Shown one piece after another: positions 27,774 through 36,909 of a DNA stretch of 64,000 nt; the first letter of the stretch is position 1; each line of letters starts with the position of its first letter. The notes under the pieces are model-generated. The model saw only the letters and a list, made by a program, of their open reading frames with translations. It was not told the DNA's origin and ran no database searches. The DNA is taken from the NCBI GenBank assembly GCA_028716245.1, contig JAQUQW010000002.1:293346-357345 (forward strand), read 5' to 3'. This stretch comes from Candidatus Omnitrophota bacterium. Its GTDB lineage: Bacteria > Omnitrophota > Gorgyraeia > Gygaellales > Profunditerraquicolaceae. The position numbers and the translations under genes were made by a program.

Positions 27774-28265
27774 ATGGAATCTAATGATAAAAAATATATG
27801 CAATATACAATTAAACAGATAGGCCTAATCCGTACTCCTTACAAGTCAAAAGAAGCTTGTCCTATTCAAGGGAATGTTAATCCTGAAAGTAAAGGAACCG
27901 TTGAGTTATTCCCGGAATATTCCGACGGCCTTAAAGATATAGGTGCTTTTTCGCATATTTATCTTTTTTATGTATTTGACCGGGCCGGAGAAGTCAAATT
28001 GGTGCGTTCTACATTCCTCGATGATACCGAACATGGCATTTTCGCCTCAAGGCATCCCTGTCGTCCTAACGGGATAGGTATTTCTATCGTAAAATTGATA
28101 AAACACAATAACAACATCCTTGAAGTCAGCGGTGTAGACATCCTTGATAATACACCCCTTATAGACATTAAACCTTATATCCCCCGGTTTGATATTTTCC
28201 AAGAAGCCTCTAACGGGTGGACGGAGTTAAAAAAACTGAGGCCTAAACTCCCGGATAGGGAATAG
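27774..28265 (+). CDS. trmO: tRNA (adenine37-N6)-methyltransferase TrmO/TsaA family
   Basis: ..FASRHPCRPNGIGISIVKL..VSGVDILDNTPLIDIKPY.. YaeB/TsaA signature. Confidence 0.75.
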   Translation: MESNDKKYMQYTIKQIGLIRTPYKSKEACPIQGNVNPESKGTVELFPEYSDGLKDIGAFSHIYLFYVFDRAGEVKLVRSTFLDDTEHGIFASRHPCRPNGIGISIVKLIKHNNNILEVSGVDILDNTPLIDIKPYIPRFDIFQEASNGWTELKKLRPKLPDRE

Positions 28266-28288
28266 TTCATAACACAAGGAGGCGCGGC

Positions 28289-28678
28289 ATGTTTAAGAAA
28301 GTCGGAGTTTTTATTTTCTCCGGGGTGGTTTTGTTAAATATCTGCGGTTGTTTTGCTTTATTAGCAGGAGCAGGCGCCGGGGCAGGGACTGCGGCTTGGC
28401 TATCCGGAAAGTTAACGCAGGAATTCCACGCTACTTACGCACAAACCATTAATGCCAGTAAAAAAGCTTTAAGGTCACTTAAATTGGAACTGACAAAGGA
28501 AACAAAAGAAATCAATGTTGCCCAATTAAAAAGTAAATATAGCGACGGTAAAGAGATTTGGATCGATATTCGTAAAGTCACCGAAGATTCTACCAAGGTA
28601 GAGATCCGGGTGGGAGCGGTTAGCCCGGATAAGGACGCCGCGGATAAGATATTGAAAAGGATACAGAGATATTTATAA
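28289..28678 (+). CDS. small lipoprotein, hypothetical
   Basis: Lipobox NICGC. Confidence 0.45.
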   Translation: MFKKVGVFIFSGVVLLNICGCFALLAGAGAGAGTAAWLSGKLTQEFHATYAQTINASKKALRSLKLELTKETKEINVAQLKSKYSDGKEIWIDIRKVTEDSTKVEIRVGAVSPDKDAADKILKRIQRYL

Positions 28679-28724
28679 GTTTTTCCCAGTCGGCAGATAG
28701 TTTCTTCTAAAAGGGCCTATCGAT

Positions 28725-29087
28725 ATGGAAAGAGTCGGATTTATTACTTATAAAAACAAAAATATCCTATTTATAGACCTATCGTATTGTAGTAAAGAAC
28801 ATGCTTTTGCGGTCATTGAGAAAAGCAAGGAGATCATTAAAGGCCAACCAAAACGTTCTGTCTTAGCTTTAACTGACATTAATAATGAGAATGTCTATGT
28901 CCCCGATTTATTCCTGACCATGCAGGAATTCGTCAAGCATAATAAACCATATATAAAAGCCTCCGCGATTATCGCATCTGAAGAACGCCTGAAACTTTTC
29001 GTGGATACTTTATCTTATTCATCAGACAGGGAGTTTTCTGTCTTTGATGATGTCCAAAAAGCTAAGGATTGGTTAATAAAAATATAG
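28725..29087 (+). CDS. hypothetical protein
   Basis: 120 aa ORF with no recognised motif. Confidence 0.3.
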   Translation: MERVGFITYKNKNILFIDLSYCSKEHAFAVIEKSKEIIKGQPKRSVLALTDINNENVYVPDLFLTMQEFVKHNKPYIKASAIIASEERLKLFVDTLSYSSDREFSVFDDVQKAKDWLIKI

Positions 29088-29110
29088 TCTTACAAATAGG
29101 TTGGTGTTAT

Positions 29111-29602
29111 GGTAAACCGATGAAGATAAAAGAAGCAATCAGTTATCCGGTTATTCTCTGGTCAGTTTATAAGAAAAAACCTAAAATACTCCGTATTGTT
29201 TTATCTAAAAATTCTAAATCATTTCCAAATTTCAACGCTTCTTTGTGCCCGGAAATTAATATTCTTGCCAATCAGATTGAAAAATTTTTAAACGGAAAAG
29301 ATGTCCGTTTTCCTTTAAGCATGCTGCGCCTTGACCTTTGTTCTGTTTTTCAGCAAAAAGTTCTGGCCGCCGTCTATGCTATTGCCCGTGGAAAAACCAG
29401 CACGTATCAACTTATTGCAAAGCAGTTGGGCAAGCCCAATGCTGCCAGGGCGGTTGGTGCGGCTTTAGCCGCCAATCCTTTTCCGCTGCTTATTCCTTGC
29501 CATCGAGTTATTCATTCCGACGGATCGCTGGGCGGTTATCTGGGCGGGACAAAGATGAAACGAGAATTACTGCGTAAGGAGGGTAGCTATGAAAAAAATT
29601 AG
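29111..29602 (+). CDS. ogt: methylated-DNA--protein-cysteine methyltransferase
   Basis: Active-site LIPCHRVI (PCHR) and helix-turn-helix DNA-binding region; start uncertain (29069 or 29111). Confidence 0.75.
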   Translation, partial: GKPMKIKEAISYPVILWSVYKKKPKILRIVLSKNSKSFPNFNASLCPEINILANQIEKFLNGKDVRFPLSMLRLDLCSVFQQKVLAAVYAIARGKTSTYQLIAKQLGKPNAARAVGAALAANPFPLLIPCHRVIHSDGSLGGYLGGTKMKRELLRKEGSYEKN

Positions 29603-30536
29603 AAATATATTGATTGTAGTTGTTATTTCTATCTTTGCTGTTGTCATCGTCAGGGACCAGGTGATTAAGTCCGTAATAACGGTTGCAGCTACGCAGGTTC
29701 TCGGAGCGCCCATCCATATCAATGGATTTTCTTTAGGTGTTTTTAACCAGTCAGTGAGAATATCCGGATTTAAAATATATAACCCCAAAGGATTTTCCAG
29801 GGGCATCCTTGTGGATCTGCCAAAGATCAATGTCCTTTATGATTTAGGCGCTTTATTTAAGAAGGAAATACATTTGGTAAATGTTGAGATTGAATTAAAA
29901 GAGATGGGTTTGGAGAAAAATAGCGCAGGTAAATTAAATATCGACGCCTTGAAAGCGGCAAAACAAGAGCGGGGCAAGGAGGATAAGTCATCCAAACAGA
30001 TGCCGATGCGGCTGGATACGGTTAAGCTGGGGATCGGAAGGATTGTTTTAAAAGATTACAGCGCGGGAGAAGAACCGGCTGTGAAGGTATACGATATAAA
30101 TATAAATAAAACTTATAAAAATATTACCAGCGCCCAGCAGTTGGCAGCCCTGATACTGGCTGAGCCGATGAAATCAGCCGGAATAGAGGGGGCTAAAATT
30201 TACGGAGCCGCGATGTTAGCCGGGGTGGCGGTTTTACCGGTAGCGGTGGCGGCAACATTTATCGGCAGAGACAGCGTCCAGCATGAATTTATTGCCGGTT
30301 TTGATAAGGTGTTTGAAACAAGCTCGGTTGTTTTGAAAAAAATGGGCAGGCTTACCAAAGAGGATAAGCCAAACGGTATCCTGGGGGCCGAAATTGACTC
30401 CGCTCAGGTAGCTTTAAAGATCAGGAAAAAACCTGATAATAAAACCGAAGTGGTTATTTCTGCGAGAAAATATCTTTTTCCCAAGCCGGAAATAGCCGGC
30501 GGGGTTCTTTACGAAATTTCTGAAAAAATAAAATAG
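29589..30536 (+). CDS. membrane-anchored AsmA/DUF748-like protein
   Basis: N-terminal TM helix then a repetitive beta-rich region; weak resemblance only. Confidence 0.35.
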   Translation: MKKIRNILIVVVISIFAVVIVRDQVIKSVITVAATQVLGAPIHINGFSLGVFNQSVRISGFKIYNPKGFSRGILVDLPKINVLYDLGALFKKEIHLVNVEIELKEMGLEKNSAGKLNIDALKAAKQERGKEDKSSKQMPMRLDTVKLGIGRIVLKDYSAGEEPAVKVYDININKTYKNITSAQQLAALILAEPMKSAGIEGAKIYGAAMLAGVAVLPVAVAATFIGRDSVQHEFIAGFDKVFETSSVVLKKMGRLTKEDKPNGILGAEIDSAQVALKIRKKPDNKTEVVISARKYLFPKPEIAGGVLYEISEKIK

Positions 30537-30550
30537 GCCGGATATATTTA

Positions 30551-30580
30551 TTGAAAAAAAATACGATATTGAGGTATAAT
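30551..30580 (+). promoter_or_regulatory. sigma70 promoter (-35 TTGAAA, 18 nt, -10 TATAAT)
   Basis: Read directly; the predicted transcription start falls at the start of the palindromic leader. Confidence 0.55.
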
Positions 30581-30588
30581 AACCTCTG

Positions 30589-30644
30589 TCACCCCGCGCT
30601 TATAAGGAATTGCGCGGGTGTGCCCTTGTGGGCAAGGAGGCGTT
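30589..30644 (+). promoter_or_regulatory. palindromic leader element copy B upstream of purU
   Basis: TCACCCCGCGCttataaggaattGCGCGGGTGTGCCCttgtGGGCAAGGAGGcgttATG: hairpin 1 plus RBS-proximal hairpin 2. Confidence 0.6.
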
Positions 30645-31487
30645 ATGCGCACATTCATTCTGTTATTCCAGTGTCAGGACCGAAAAGGCATTGTTGCTAA
30701 AATCTCGGATTTTATTTTAAAGCATGAAGGCAATATCGTTACTGCCGATCAGCATAGCACCGACCCGCAGGGCGGGTATTTCTTTATCCGCGTTGAGTTT
30801 ATTTTAGATAAAGATCAATATGCCAAAAAAGATTTAATTTCGGCATTTTCTCCCATTGGCAAAGATTTTGGCGCGGATTGGAATTTTTATGATAAATCCG
30901 AAGAGTTGCGCATGGGGATATTTGTATCGGAGCCGGACCATTGCTTGGTAGATTTACTGTATTTATGGAATGCGGGGGAATTAAAAGTCAAGATTCCTTT
31001 TGTCCTGAGCAATTATGAAAAACACCGTAAAGTAGTAACCAGCTACAACATTCCATTTTATTATGTGCCGGCAAATAAAGATAACCGAAGGGAATCAGAG
31101 CTGCTTTCTTACGCGGCTGGTTCTACGGATTTCCTGGTATTGGCCCGTTATATGCTGGTGCTTTCCCCGGATTTCCTGAAAAAATATAATCAGGACATAG
31201 TTAATATCCACCACGGCTTCCTTCCTTTTTTTAAAGGCGCTGACCCGGCTGGCAGGGCGCTTGCTGAAGGGGTAAAGGTTATCGGCTCAACCGCGCATTT
31301 TGTAAGTAACCAGCTTGACGAAGGGCCGATCATTGCTCAGGAGGTTGAACATGTATCGCATAAGGATGACCGCGAAGTGCTGATCAGCAAAGGCAGGAAT
31401 TTAGAGAAGAGGGCGCTGGCAGCAGCCGTATCCAGTTATATCGACCATCGTATTATTAAACACGAAAATAAAACCATAGTTTTTTAA
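30645..31487 (+). CDS. purU: formyltetrahydrofolate deformylase
   Basis: N-terminal ACT domain plus formyl-transferase core (HHGFLP, SLD motif region). Confidence 0.85.
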   Translation: MRTFILLFQCQDRKGIVAKISDFILKHEGNIVTADQHSTDPQGGYFFIRVEFILDKDQYAKKDLISAFSPIGKDFGADWNFYDKSEELRMGIFVSEPDHCLVDLLYLWNAGELKVKIPFVLSNYEKHRKVVTSYNIPFYYVPANKDNRRESELLSYAAGSTDFLVLARYMLVLSPDFLKKYNQDIVNIHHGFLPFFKGADPAGRALAEGVKVIGSTAHFVSNQLDEGPIIAQEVEHVSHKDDREVLISKGRNLEKRALAAAVSSYIDHRIIKHENKTIVF

Positions 31488-31502
31488 AAAAGGAGGCTTC
31501 TT

Positions 31503-31877
31503 ATGGCAAAGTTATATGTAAAGGGTTTTGGGTTTGCTTGCGGTATTGTCGCCGCCGCGCTTACCCTGATCGTAGGCACATTAAAGATACTTTTTTATCT
31601 GGAATGCGGATTGAATAAGACGATGTCGATGATTTACCTGGACTATCAACCGACGCTCTTTAGCGTAATCTTGAATTCGGTCTGGGGTTTTATTTTCGCG
31701 GCTGTAATCGGCAGCGCCCTTGCCTGGCTCTATAACCGGATTATCGAGGATAGCAGCAAAGAGATCCAGGAGAAGATAAAATCGGTTGCCCGCTCCATTT
31801 GGGAAAGTAAAGGCAAGCCGGAAGGCAGCTGTGCGGATGATTGGAGAGAGGCGGAAAAAAGAGTCAAAGGGTTTTGA
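31503..31877 (+). CDS. small membrane protein with C-terminal DUF2934-like motif
   Basis: Two TM helices then ..IWESKGKPEGSCADDWREAEKRV. Confidence 0.4.
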   Translation: MAKLYVKGFGFACGIVAAALTLIVGTLKILFYLECGLNKTMSMIYLDYQPTLFSVILNSVWGFIFAAVIGSALAWLYNRIIEDSSKEIQEKIKSVARSIWESKGKPEGSCADDWREAEKRVKGF

Positions 31878-32700
31878 TTTTTTGGATTACAGCAAGGATA
31901 CTTGATTCCGGAGTAGAGGCGCCCGCGGTTATGCCTACGTTTTTAGCATTATTGAGCCAGTTTCTTTTTATTTCTTTGGCCGAGTTGATCCAGTGGGTAT
32001 GTTTATTTAAAGGTTTGGCGATCTCATAGATTCTTTTGGTATTGGCGCTGGTTTTTGAGCCGATAATAATCATAACATCATTTTCCAGCGGCATAGTTTT
32101 TACTTCGCCCTGTTTGATCCTGGTGGGATTGCAGATAGTGTTATGAAATTCCACTACCGGGATATACCGGCGCAGCACGTCCAGGATCTTTTGCACGTTA
32201 TCCAGGTTTTGAGTTGATTGCACGAGGATCCCCGCCCGCCGGATATGTTTGATTTTTTCTATCGGTATATTTTCAAGTTTATCGATTATAATCGCTTTTG
32301 ATTTAAGCCCTCCGGCAATTCCCTGCACTTCATCATGCAGTTTATCCCCGATGATAATTATCCGGCAGCCGCTATTTTCCAGTTTACCGGCAATCGCGTG
32401 GATTTCTTTGACCATCGGGCAGGTAGCATCGATAATCGTATAACCTAATTTCAATGCTTTCTTCAATGTTTTATTGGAGCAGCCATGCGCCCGGATGAGC
32501 AATGTTTTTCCGCTGCCTTTACCAAGCCGGTTGATTTTTTTAATCCCGGCGCGCTGGATCTGCTTGACTACCTCTTCGTTATGCACGATATCCCCGAGCA
32601 TAAATATCGGTTTTTTGGTTTTTACGGTTTCCAGGGCGATAGTAATTGCTTTTCTTACGCCGAAGCAGAATCCCGCTGATTTTGCTAAATGTATTTTCAT
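31864..32700 (-). CDS. ispH: 4-hydroxy-3-methylbut-2-enyl diphosphate reductase
   Basis: MKIHLAKSAGFCFGVRKAI N-terminus, three conserved Cys for the 4Fe-4S cluster. Confidence 0.9.
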   Translation of the reverse strand: MKIHLAKSAGFCFGVRKAITIALETVKTKKPIFMLGDIVHNEEVVKQIQRAGIKKINRLGKGSGKTLLIRAHGCSNKTLKKALKLGYTIIDATCPMVKEIHAIAGKLENSGCRIIIIGDKLHDEVQGIAGGLKSKAIIIDKLENIPIEKIKHIRRAGILVQSTQNLDNVQKILDVLRRYIPVVEFHNTICNPTRIKQGEVKTMPLENDVMIIIGSKTSANTKRIYEIAKPLNKHTHWINSAKEIKRNWLNNAKNVGITAGASTPESSILAVIQKIKTL

Positions 32701-33737
32701 ACTTTAAGGGTTTTTTGGGAAAAATCAACCAGCGCCTGGTTATATCTTTTATCCATTTTTAAACTGTCAATTTGGTTCACGGCTTTTGCGTATAAATATT
32801 TTATCTGATTTTGCGCGTAAGCCAGCGCGCCGGTTTTGACAATAATTTCGCGTATTTTAATCAGCCCGCCCTGCTTTACAGTTTTGCCCTCCAGGATTTT
32901 TTTTATCGCCAGTTTGTCTTTTTTGTCAGCTTTGCCAAAGGCATACCAGATAAGCAGGGTTCTTTTTGCTTCCTTAATGTCGGTTATATTCGATTTACCG
33001 GTTTCTTTTTCTTCGCTGAATGTTCCGATTATATCGTCTTTGATCTGGAAAGCCCTGCCCAGGAGCATGCCGTAAGAATATAGTTTTTTAATCTGGCTGG
33101 TTTTTGCTCCGGCAAGAGCGGCTCCCATAGTCAGCGGAGAGGCAAAAGTGTAGTTTGCGGTTTTATAATCATAAATTTTGTAAACATCTTCCCGGGTAAC
33201 TTTCTCGATGGGTTTGATTCCCAACAATAGCTCAATAAATTCTCCGCTGCCTGTGTATAAGGCTGCCCGGATAAGTTTTTCCAGCGCTGCTTCTTTGCGT
33301 TTTGGTTCCTCTCTAACCGCCAAAAAAGCATCCAGGGCCATGGCGTACATGACATCGCCGGCAACTATAGCCAAATCTTCTCCGCCGAACTTAACTTTTT
33401 TATTTCCGGAAAGACATCCCTTTAACAGCGTATGCATAGAGGGTTTACCGCGGCGCATAGAAGATTTATCGATAATATCATCGTGGACTAACATGAAATC
33501 ATGCAGCAGTTCTAAGGATAGGGCGCTGCGGTAAAGGCCGGCCGGGTTCTTTCTAGAGAATCCCAGATAGCCGATACAGAATAAAATCGGCCTTACCCTT
33601 TTACCGTCGCGCAAGATAAACTCTTTTATGCTCTCAAAAAGTATAGGCGAGAGTTTGTTTAAGGTGTATAATTGATCTATCGAGCGGGTATAAGCACGCA
33701 GTTCTTTTTCAATCCTATTTTTTATTTTCAAAAACAT
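32697..33737 (-). CDS. polyprenyl diphosphate synthase (trans-IPPS family)
   Basis: First DDxxD (LVHDDIIDKS) and second (FQIKDDIIG) aspartate-rich motifs. Confidence 0.85.
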   Translation of the reverse strand: MFLKIKNRIEKELRAYTRSIDQLYTLNKLSPILFESIKEFILRDGKRVRPILFCIGYLGFSRKNPAGLYRSALSLELLHDFMLVHDDIIDKSSMRRGKPSMHTLLKGCLSGNKKVKFGGEDLAIVAGDVMYAMALDAFLAVREEPKRKEAALEKLIRAALYTGSGEFIELLLGIKPIEKVTREDVYKIYDYKTANYTFASPLTMGAALAGAKTSQIKKLYSYGMLLGRAFQIKDDIIGTFSEEKETGKSNITDIKEAKRTLLIWYAFGKADKKDKLAIKKILEGKTVKQGGLIKIREIIVKTGALAYAQNQIKYLYAKAVNQIDSLKMDKRYNQALVDFSQKTLKV

Positions 33738-33777
33738 AGGGTTATGTTAACATATAAAGTATGATTATGCAATTATT

Positions 33778-34938
33778 TTGCCCCCTTTGGATATGAAAAA
33801 AGTTATGATTATCGGCGCTGGTTTTGCCGGCTTAAGCGCGGCAAGAAAGCTGGCTAAGTGTGCAGGAGGCTTAGGGTTGGAGGTTACTCTTTTTGACAAA
33901 AAAGAGTATTCTGCCTTTCTGCCGCTTATCCCTGACTGCATCGGTAGAAGAATCAATCCGCAGTTCCTCCTTTGTAATATTGGGGATTTTTGCAGAAAGC
34001 TAAAAATAAAGCTGGTTTGTGAAGAGGTCGCTGCCGTTGACTTTGAATCCAAACATGTTGTTACCGCGGCTTCTAATTATGCCTATGATTTTTTAATTAT
34101 TGCCAGCGGCAGCCAGACAAATTTTTTTTCCAATCAAGCGGCGCAAAATTATGCTTATGCTTTAAACAATATAGATGATGCCAAGAAGATTACCGCGGCG
34201 CTTAAAAGCAATAAATTTGAGCATTTTATCGTCTGCGGAGGAGGTTACACCGGAGTAGAGGCCGCCGCTAATTTATGGCTATATTTTAAAAAATCCGGCC
34301 GGGAAAAGAAAATTATCATTGTTGAGCGGGCTGCGTCAATATTAGGGTCCCTGCCGGATTGGATGAAAACTTATGCGTGGGATAATTTAAAGAGTATGGG
34401 GATTGAAATCCTGGCCAATTCAGTTATCGAAGAGATCCAGGAGGATAAAGTCAGGGTTTCCGCAAGGCCGGCATTTGAGAAAGCCATGCTGATCTGGGTA
34501 CCCGGTGTTAGGACCGCTGATTTCATACAGAAGCTGCCGGTTAAAAAGAATCCTCAGGGCAGGATAGTTGCGGATGAATATTTAAGGGTAAACCCGCACT
34601 GTTTTTGCGCCGGGGATACCGCTTTTTTTGGGGATAAAAATAATTTTTTGAGAATGGCGGTCCAGTTTGCCATTAGCCAGGGATCCCATGCGGCAGTTAA
34701 TATAATCAGAAGCATTAAAAACCTTCCGCTTGAAAAATTCCGGCCGCTGGATTTAGGTTATATTGTCCCCCTGGCCAACAACCGCTCCTGCGGCGAGGTT
34801 TTTGGTCTCAAGGTAAAGGGGTTATTAGCGACGCTGCTGCATTTTATGATGTGTATTTTTCGCCTGCAGGGTTTAAGTAACCGCTGGGGTTTGGTCTGTA
34901 ATCTTTTAAATACCGGGCAAGGAGGTGAAAGATGTTAG
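33778..34938 (+). CDS. FAD/NAD(P)-dependent oxidoreductase (NDH-2 / sulfide:quinone oxidoreductase family)
   Basis: Two Rossmann GxGxxG motifs (IIGAGFAG; VCGGGYTG). Confidence 0.7.
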   Translation: MPPLDMKKVMIIGAGFAGLSAARKLAKCAGGLGLEVTLFDKKEYSAFLPLIPDCIGRRINPQFLLCNIGDFCRKLKIKLVCEEVAAVDFESKHVVTAASNYAYDFLIIASGSQTNFFSNQAAQNYAYALNNIDDAKKITAALKSNKFEHFIVCGGGYTGVEAAANLWLYFKKSGREKKIIIVERAASILGSLPDWMKTYAWDNLKSMGIEILANSVIEEIQEDKVRVSARPAFEKAMLIWVPGVRTADFIQKLPVKKNPQGRIVADEYLRVNPHCFCAGDTAFFGDKNNFLRMAVQFAISQGSHAAVNIIRSIKNLPLEKFRPLDLGYIVPLANNRSCGEVFGLKVKGLLATLLHFMMCIFRLQGLSNRWGLVCNLLNTGQGGERC

Positions 34939-35321
34939 ACTGGGGAATATTGATTTTGAGGTTGGGAATAGGTATTATGTTTGTGGCGCACGGCCTGCAA
35001 ATGGCTTTTGGATTATTCGGCGGGCCGGGAGTCAAAGGTTTTTCCGGAATGCTTTCCAGTTTAGGATTTTTTCCGGCGATATTCTGGTCCTATGTTGCCT
35101 CATACACGGTGTTAGTTGGGGGGCTATTGCTGATTGCCGGGGTACAAACCCGGCCGGCCGCAACCCTGCTTTTGATTTTTATCCTTACTGCCGCAATTAA
35201 AGTACATTTAAGTAAGGGGTTCTTTTTGTCTAACGGCGGTTTTGAATATACCTTTGTTATTGCCGCAACCTGTCTTGCCCTTATTTTCTTGGGGCCGGGA
35301 AACTTTAGTATTTTACGTTGA
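34932..35321 (+). CDS. DoxX family membrane protein
   Basis: ILRLGIGIMFVAHGLQMAFGLFGG, 4 TM helices. Confidence 0.65.
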   Translation: MLDWGILILRLGIGIMFVAHGLQMAFGLFGGPGVKGFSGMLSSLGFFPAIFWSYVASYTVLVGGLLLIAGVQTRPAATLLLIFILTAAIKVHLSKGFFLSNGGFEYTFVIAATCLALIFLGPGNFSILR

Positions 35322-35352
35322 TTGGCGGATTTATTGTGCTATATTTAATAAC

Positions 35353-36531
35353 ATGCTAAAAAAAATAACGCGCAATTTCTTTATCTTTTTATTGTTGGCC
35401 GTACTATTACCGGCAAAAATACTGGCAGCTAATAAACAGGATTTGCCTAAACTTATTATTTTTCATTCAACCAGTTGCCATCGCTGCCTTGAGGTAAAGC
35501 AGGAAGTGATGCCTGCGATGGAGAATGAATTTAAGGATAAGGTTGTTTTTGAATACCGCGATGTAGGCCAGATAGGGAATTACACGATGATTTTGGGCTT
35601 ATTGAAGAAAGCCGGCGCCAGCCCTTCATTCCGGATTCCGCTTTTTTATTTAGGGGGTAAATTTCTAAGTGCCGAAGGAGAGGTTAGGGGTAATTTACGT
35701 AATTTTATCCTGGAAGGATTAAAGGGGATCCCTCCTAGCGCCCAGCCCGCCTCTTTTGATTTAACCGCATATTTTAAGAGTTTTGTCCCGGCGGCAATAA
35801 TTATCGCCGGACTTGAGGACGGGATTAATCCCTGCGCCTTTACGGTTATCGTATTCTTTATATCTTTTCTTGCCGTGCAAGGCTACCGCAAAAGAGACCT
35901 TATTATTATCGGTTCGGCGTTTATCTTTGCCGTATTCCTGACCTATTTATCTATTGGTTTAGGGATTTTTAATTTCTTTTATCATTTTAAGGGTTTTTGG
36001 GTGATTACGCACCTGTTGAATCTAATTATTGGGTGGTTGAGTATTTTGTTCGGTATCCTGGCAGTTTATGATTTTATAAAATTTAAGAAAACCGGCGCCA
36101 CGGATGAACTAATTTTACAGCTGCCTAAGCCAATTAAGGAGCGCATCCATAAGGTAGTAGGATTTTTTTACCGCAAGAACCCGCAGGAGAAACAGGCTAA
36201 AGCATTGCCCGGCCTGAATAAGCTTGTGTTTAGCGCCTTGATTACCGGGTTTTTGGTTTCACTCCTTGAGGCGGTTTGCACCGGCCAAATGTATTTACCG
36301 ACGATATCCTTTGTCTTAAAGGCCAGCCCGCTTAAACTGCAGGCCTTAGGCTATCTTTTGTTGTATAATATTATGTTTGTAATTCCGCTGATCGTGATTT
36401 TCATTTTTGCGCTGGTGGGCACATCCAGCGCGCAGTTTGCTAAGTTCCTAAAAAGGCATTTGGGTCTAATAAAAATTCTCATGGCAGTTTTATTTTTTAG
36501 TTTGGGGTTATTTTTAATCTGGAGAGCTTGA
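35353..36531 (+). CDS. thioredoxin-like domain fused to DsbD/CcdA-type transmembrane thiol-disulfide transporter
   Basis: N-terminal CHRC (CxxC) in a Trx-like segment; TM core with INPCAF and AVCTG Cys residues. Confidence 0.65.
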   Translation: MLKKITRNFFIFLLLAVLLPAKILAANKQDLPKLIIFHSTSCHRCLEVKQEVMPAMENEFKDKVVFEYRDVGQIGNYTMILGLLKKAGASPSFRIPLFYLGGKFLSAEGEVRGNLRNFILEGLKGIPPSAQPASFDLTAYFKSFVPAAIIIAGLEDGINPCAFTVIVFFISFLAVQGYRKRDLIIIGSAFIFAVFLTYLSIGLGIFNFFYHFKGFWVITHLLNLIIGWLSILFGILAVYDFIKFKKTGATDELILQLPKPIKERIHKVVGFFYRKNPQEKQAKALPGLNKLVFSALITGFLVSLLEAVCTGQMYLPTISFVLKASPLKLQALGYLLLYNIMFVIPLIVIFIFALVGTSSAQFAKFLKRHLGLIKILMAVLFFSLGLFLIWRA

Positions 36532-36902
36532 TGCGTAAAATTATAAGTTTATTTTGTTTAAGTTTTCTTGTTTTCCAATTCGCCTGCGCGGAAAAAGAAG
36601 TTATTGATCCAAATGCGTGGGATTTTGGCAAGGCCAAGCAGGGCGAGGTTTTAAAACACGATTTTCTATTTAAAAATGAAACTAAAAGTGTTTTAAACAT
36701 AACCTCCGTAAATACATCCTGCGGATGCACTGCTTCGCAATCGGACAAGAAATCCTTAAAACCCGGGGAGAAGACGACGATAAATGTAAGTTTTAACTCT
36801 CACGGATATCTGGGCCAAGTTCAACAGTTTGTATATGTGAATACCGATAATGCCGATCTGGCGGTAGCCAGGTTTACCATTAAAGCGCAAATAACTAAAT
36901 AA
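36528..36902 (+). CDS. DUF1573 domain protein (periplasmic, SCGCT motif)
   Basis: ..ITSVNTSCGCTAS.. signature; signal peptide. Confidence 0.6.
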   Translation: MMRKIISLFCLSFLVFQFACAEKEVIDPNAWDFGKAKQGEVLKHDFLFKNETKSVLNITSVNTSCGCTASQSDKKSLKPGEKTTINVSFNSHGYLGQVQQFVYVNTDNADLAVARFTIKAQITK

Positions 36903-36909
36903 AGAGAGG

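Noticed and set aside
24608-29100. Integrative element at tRNA-Asn with att duplication
   Set aside because: No downstream repeat of the tRNA-Asn 3' end and no integrase were found, so only a compositional anomaly is reported.
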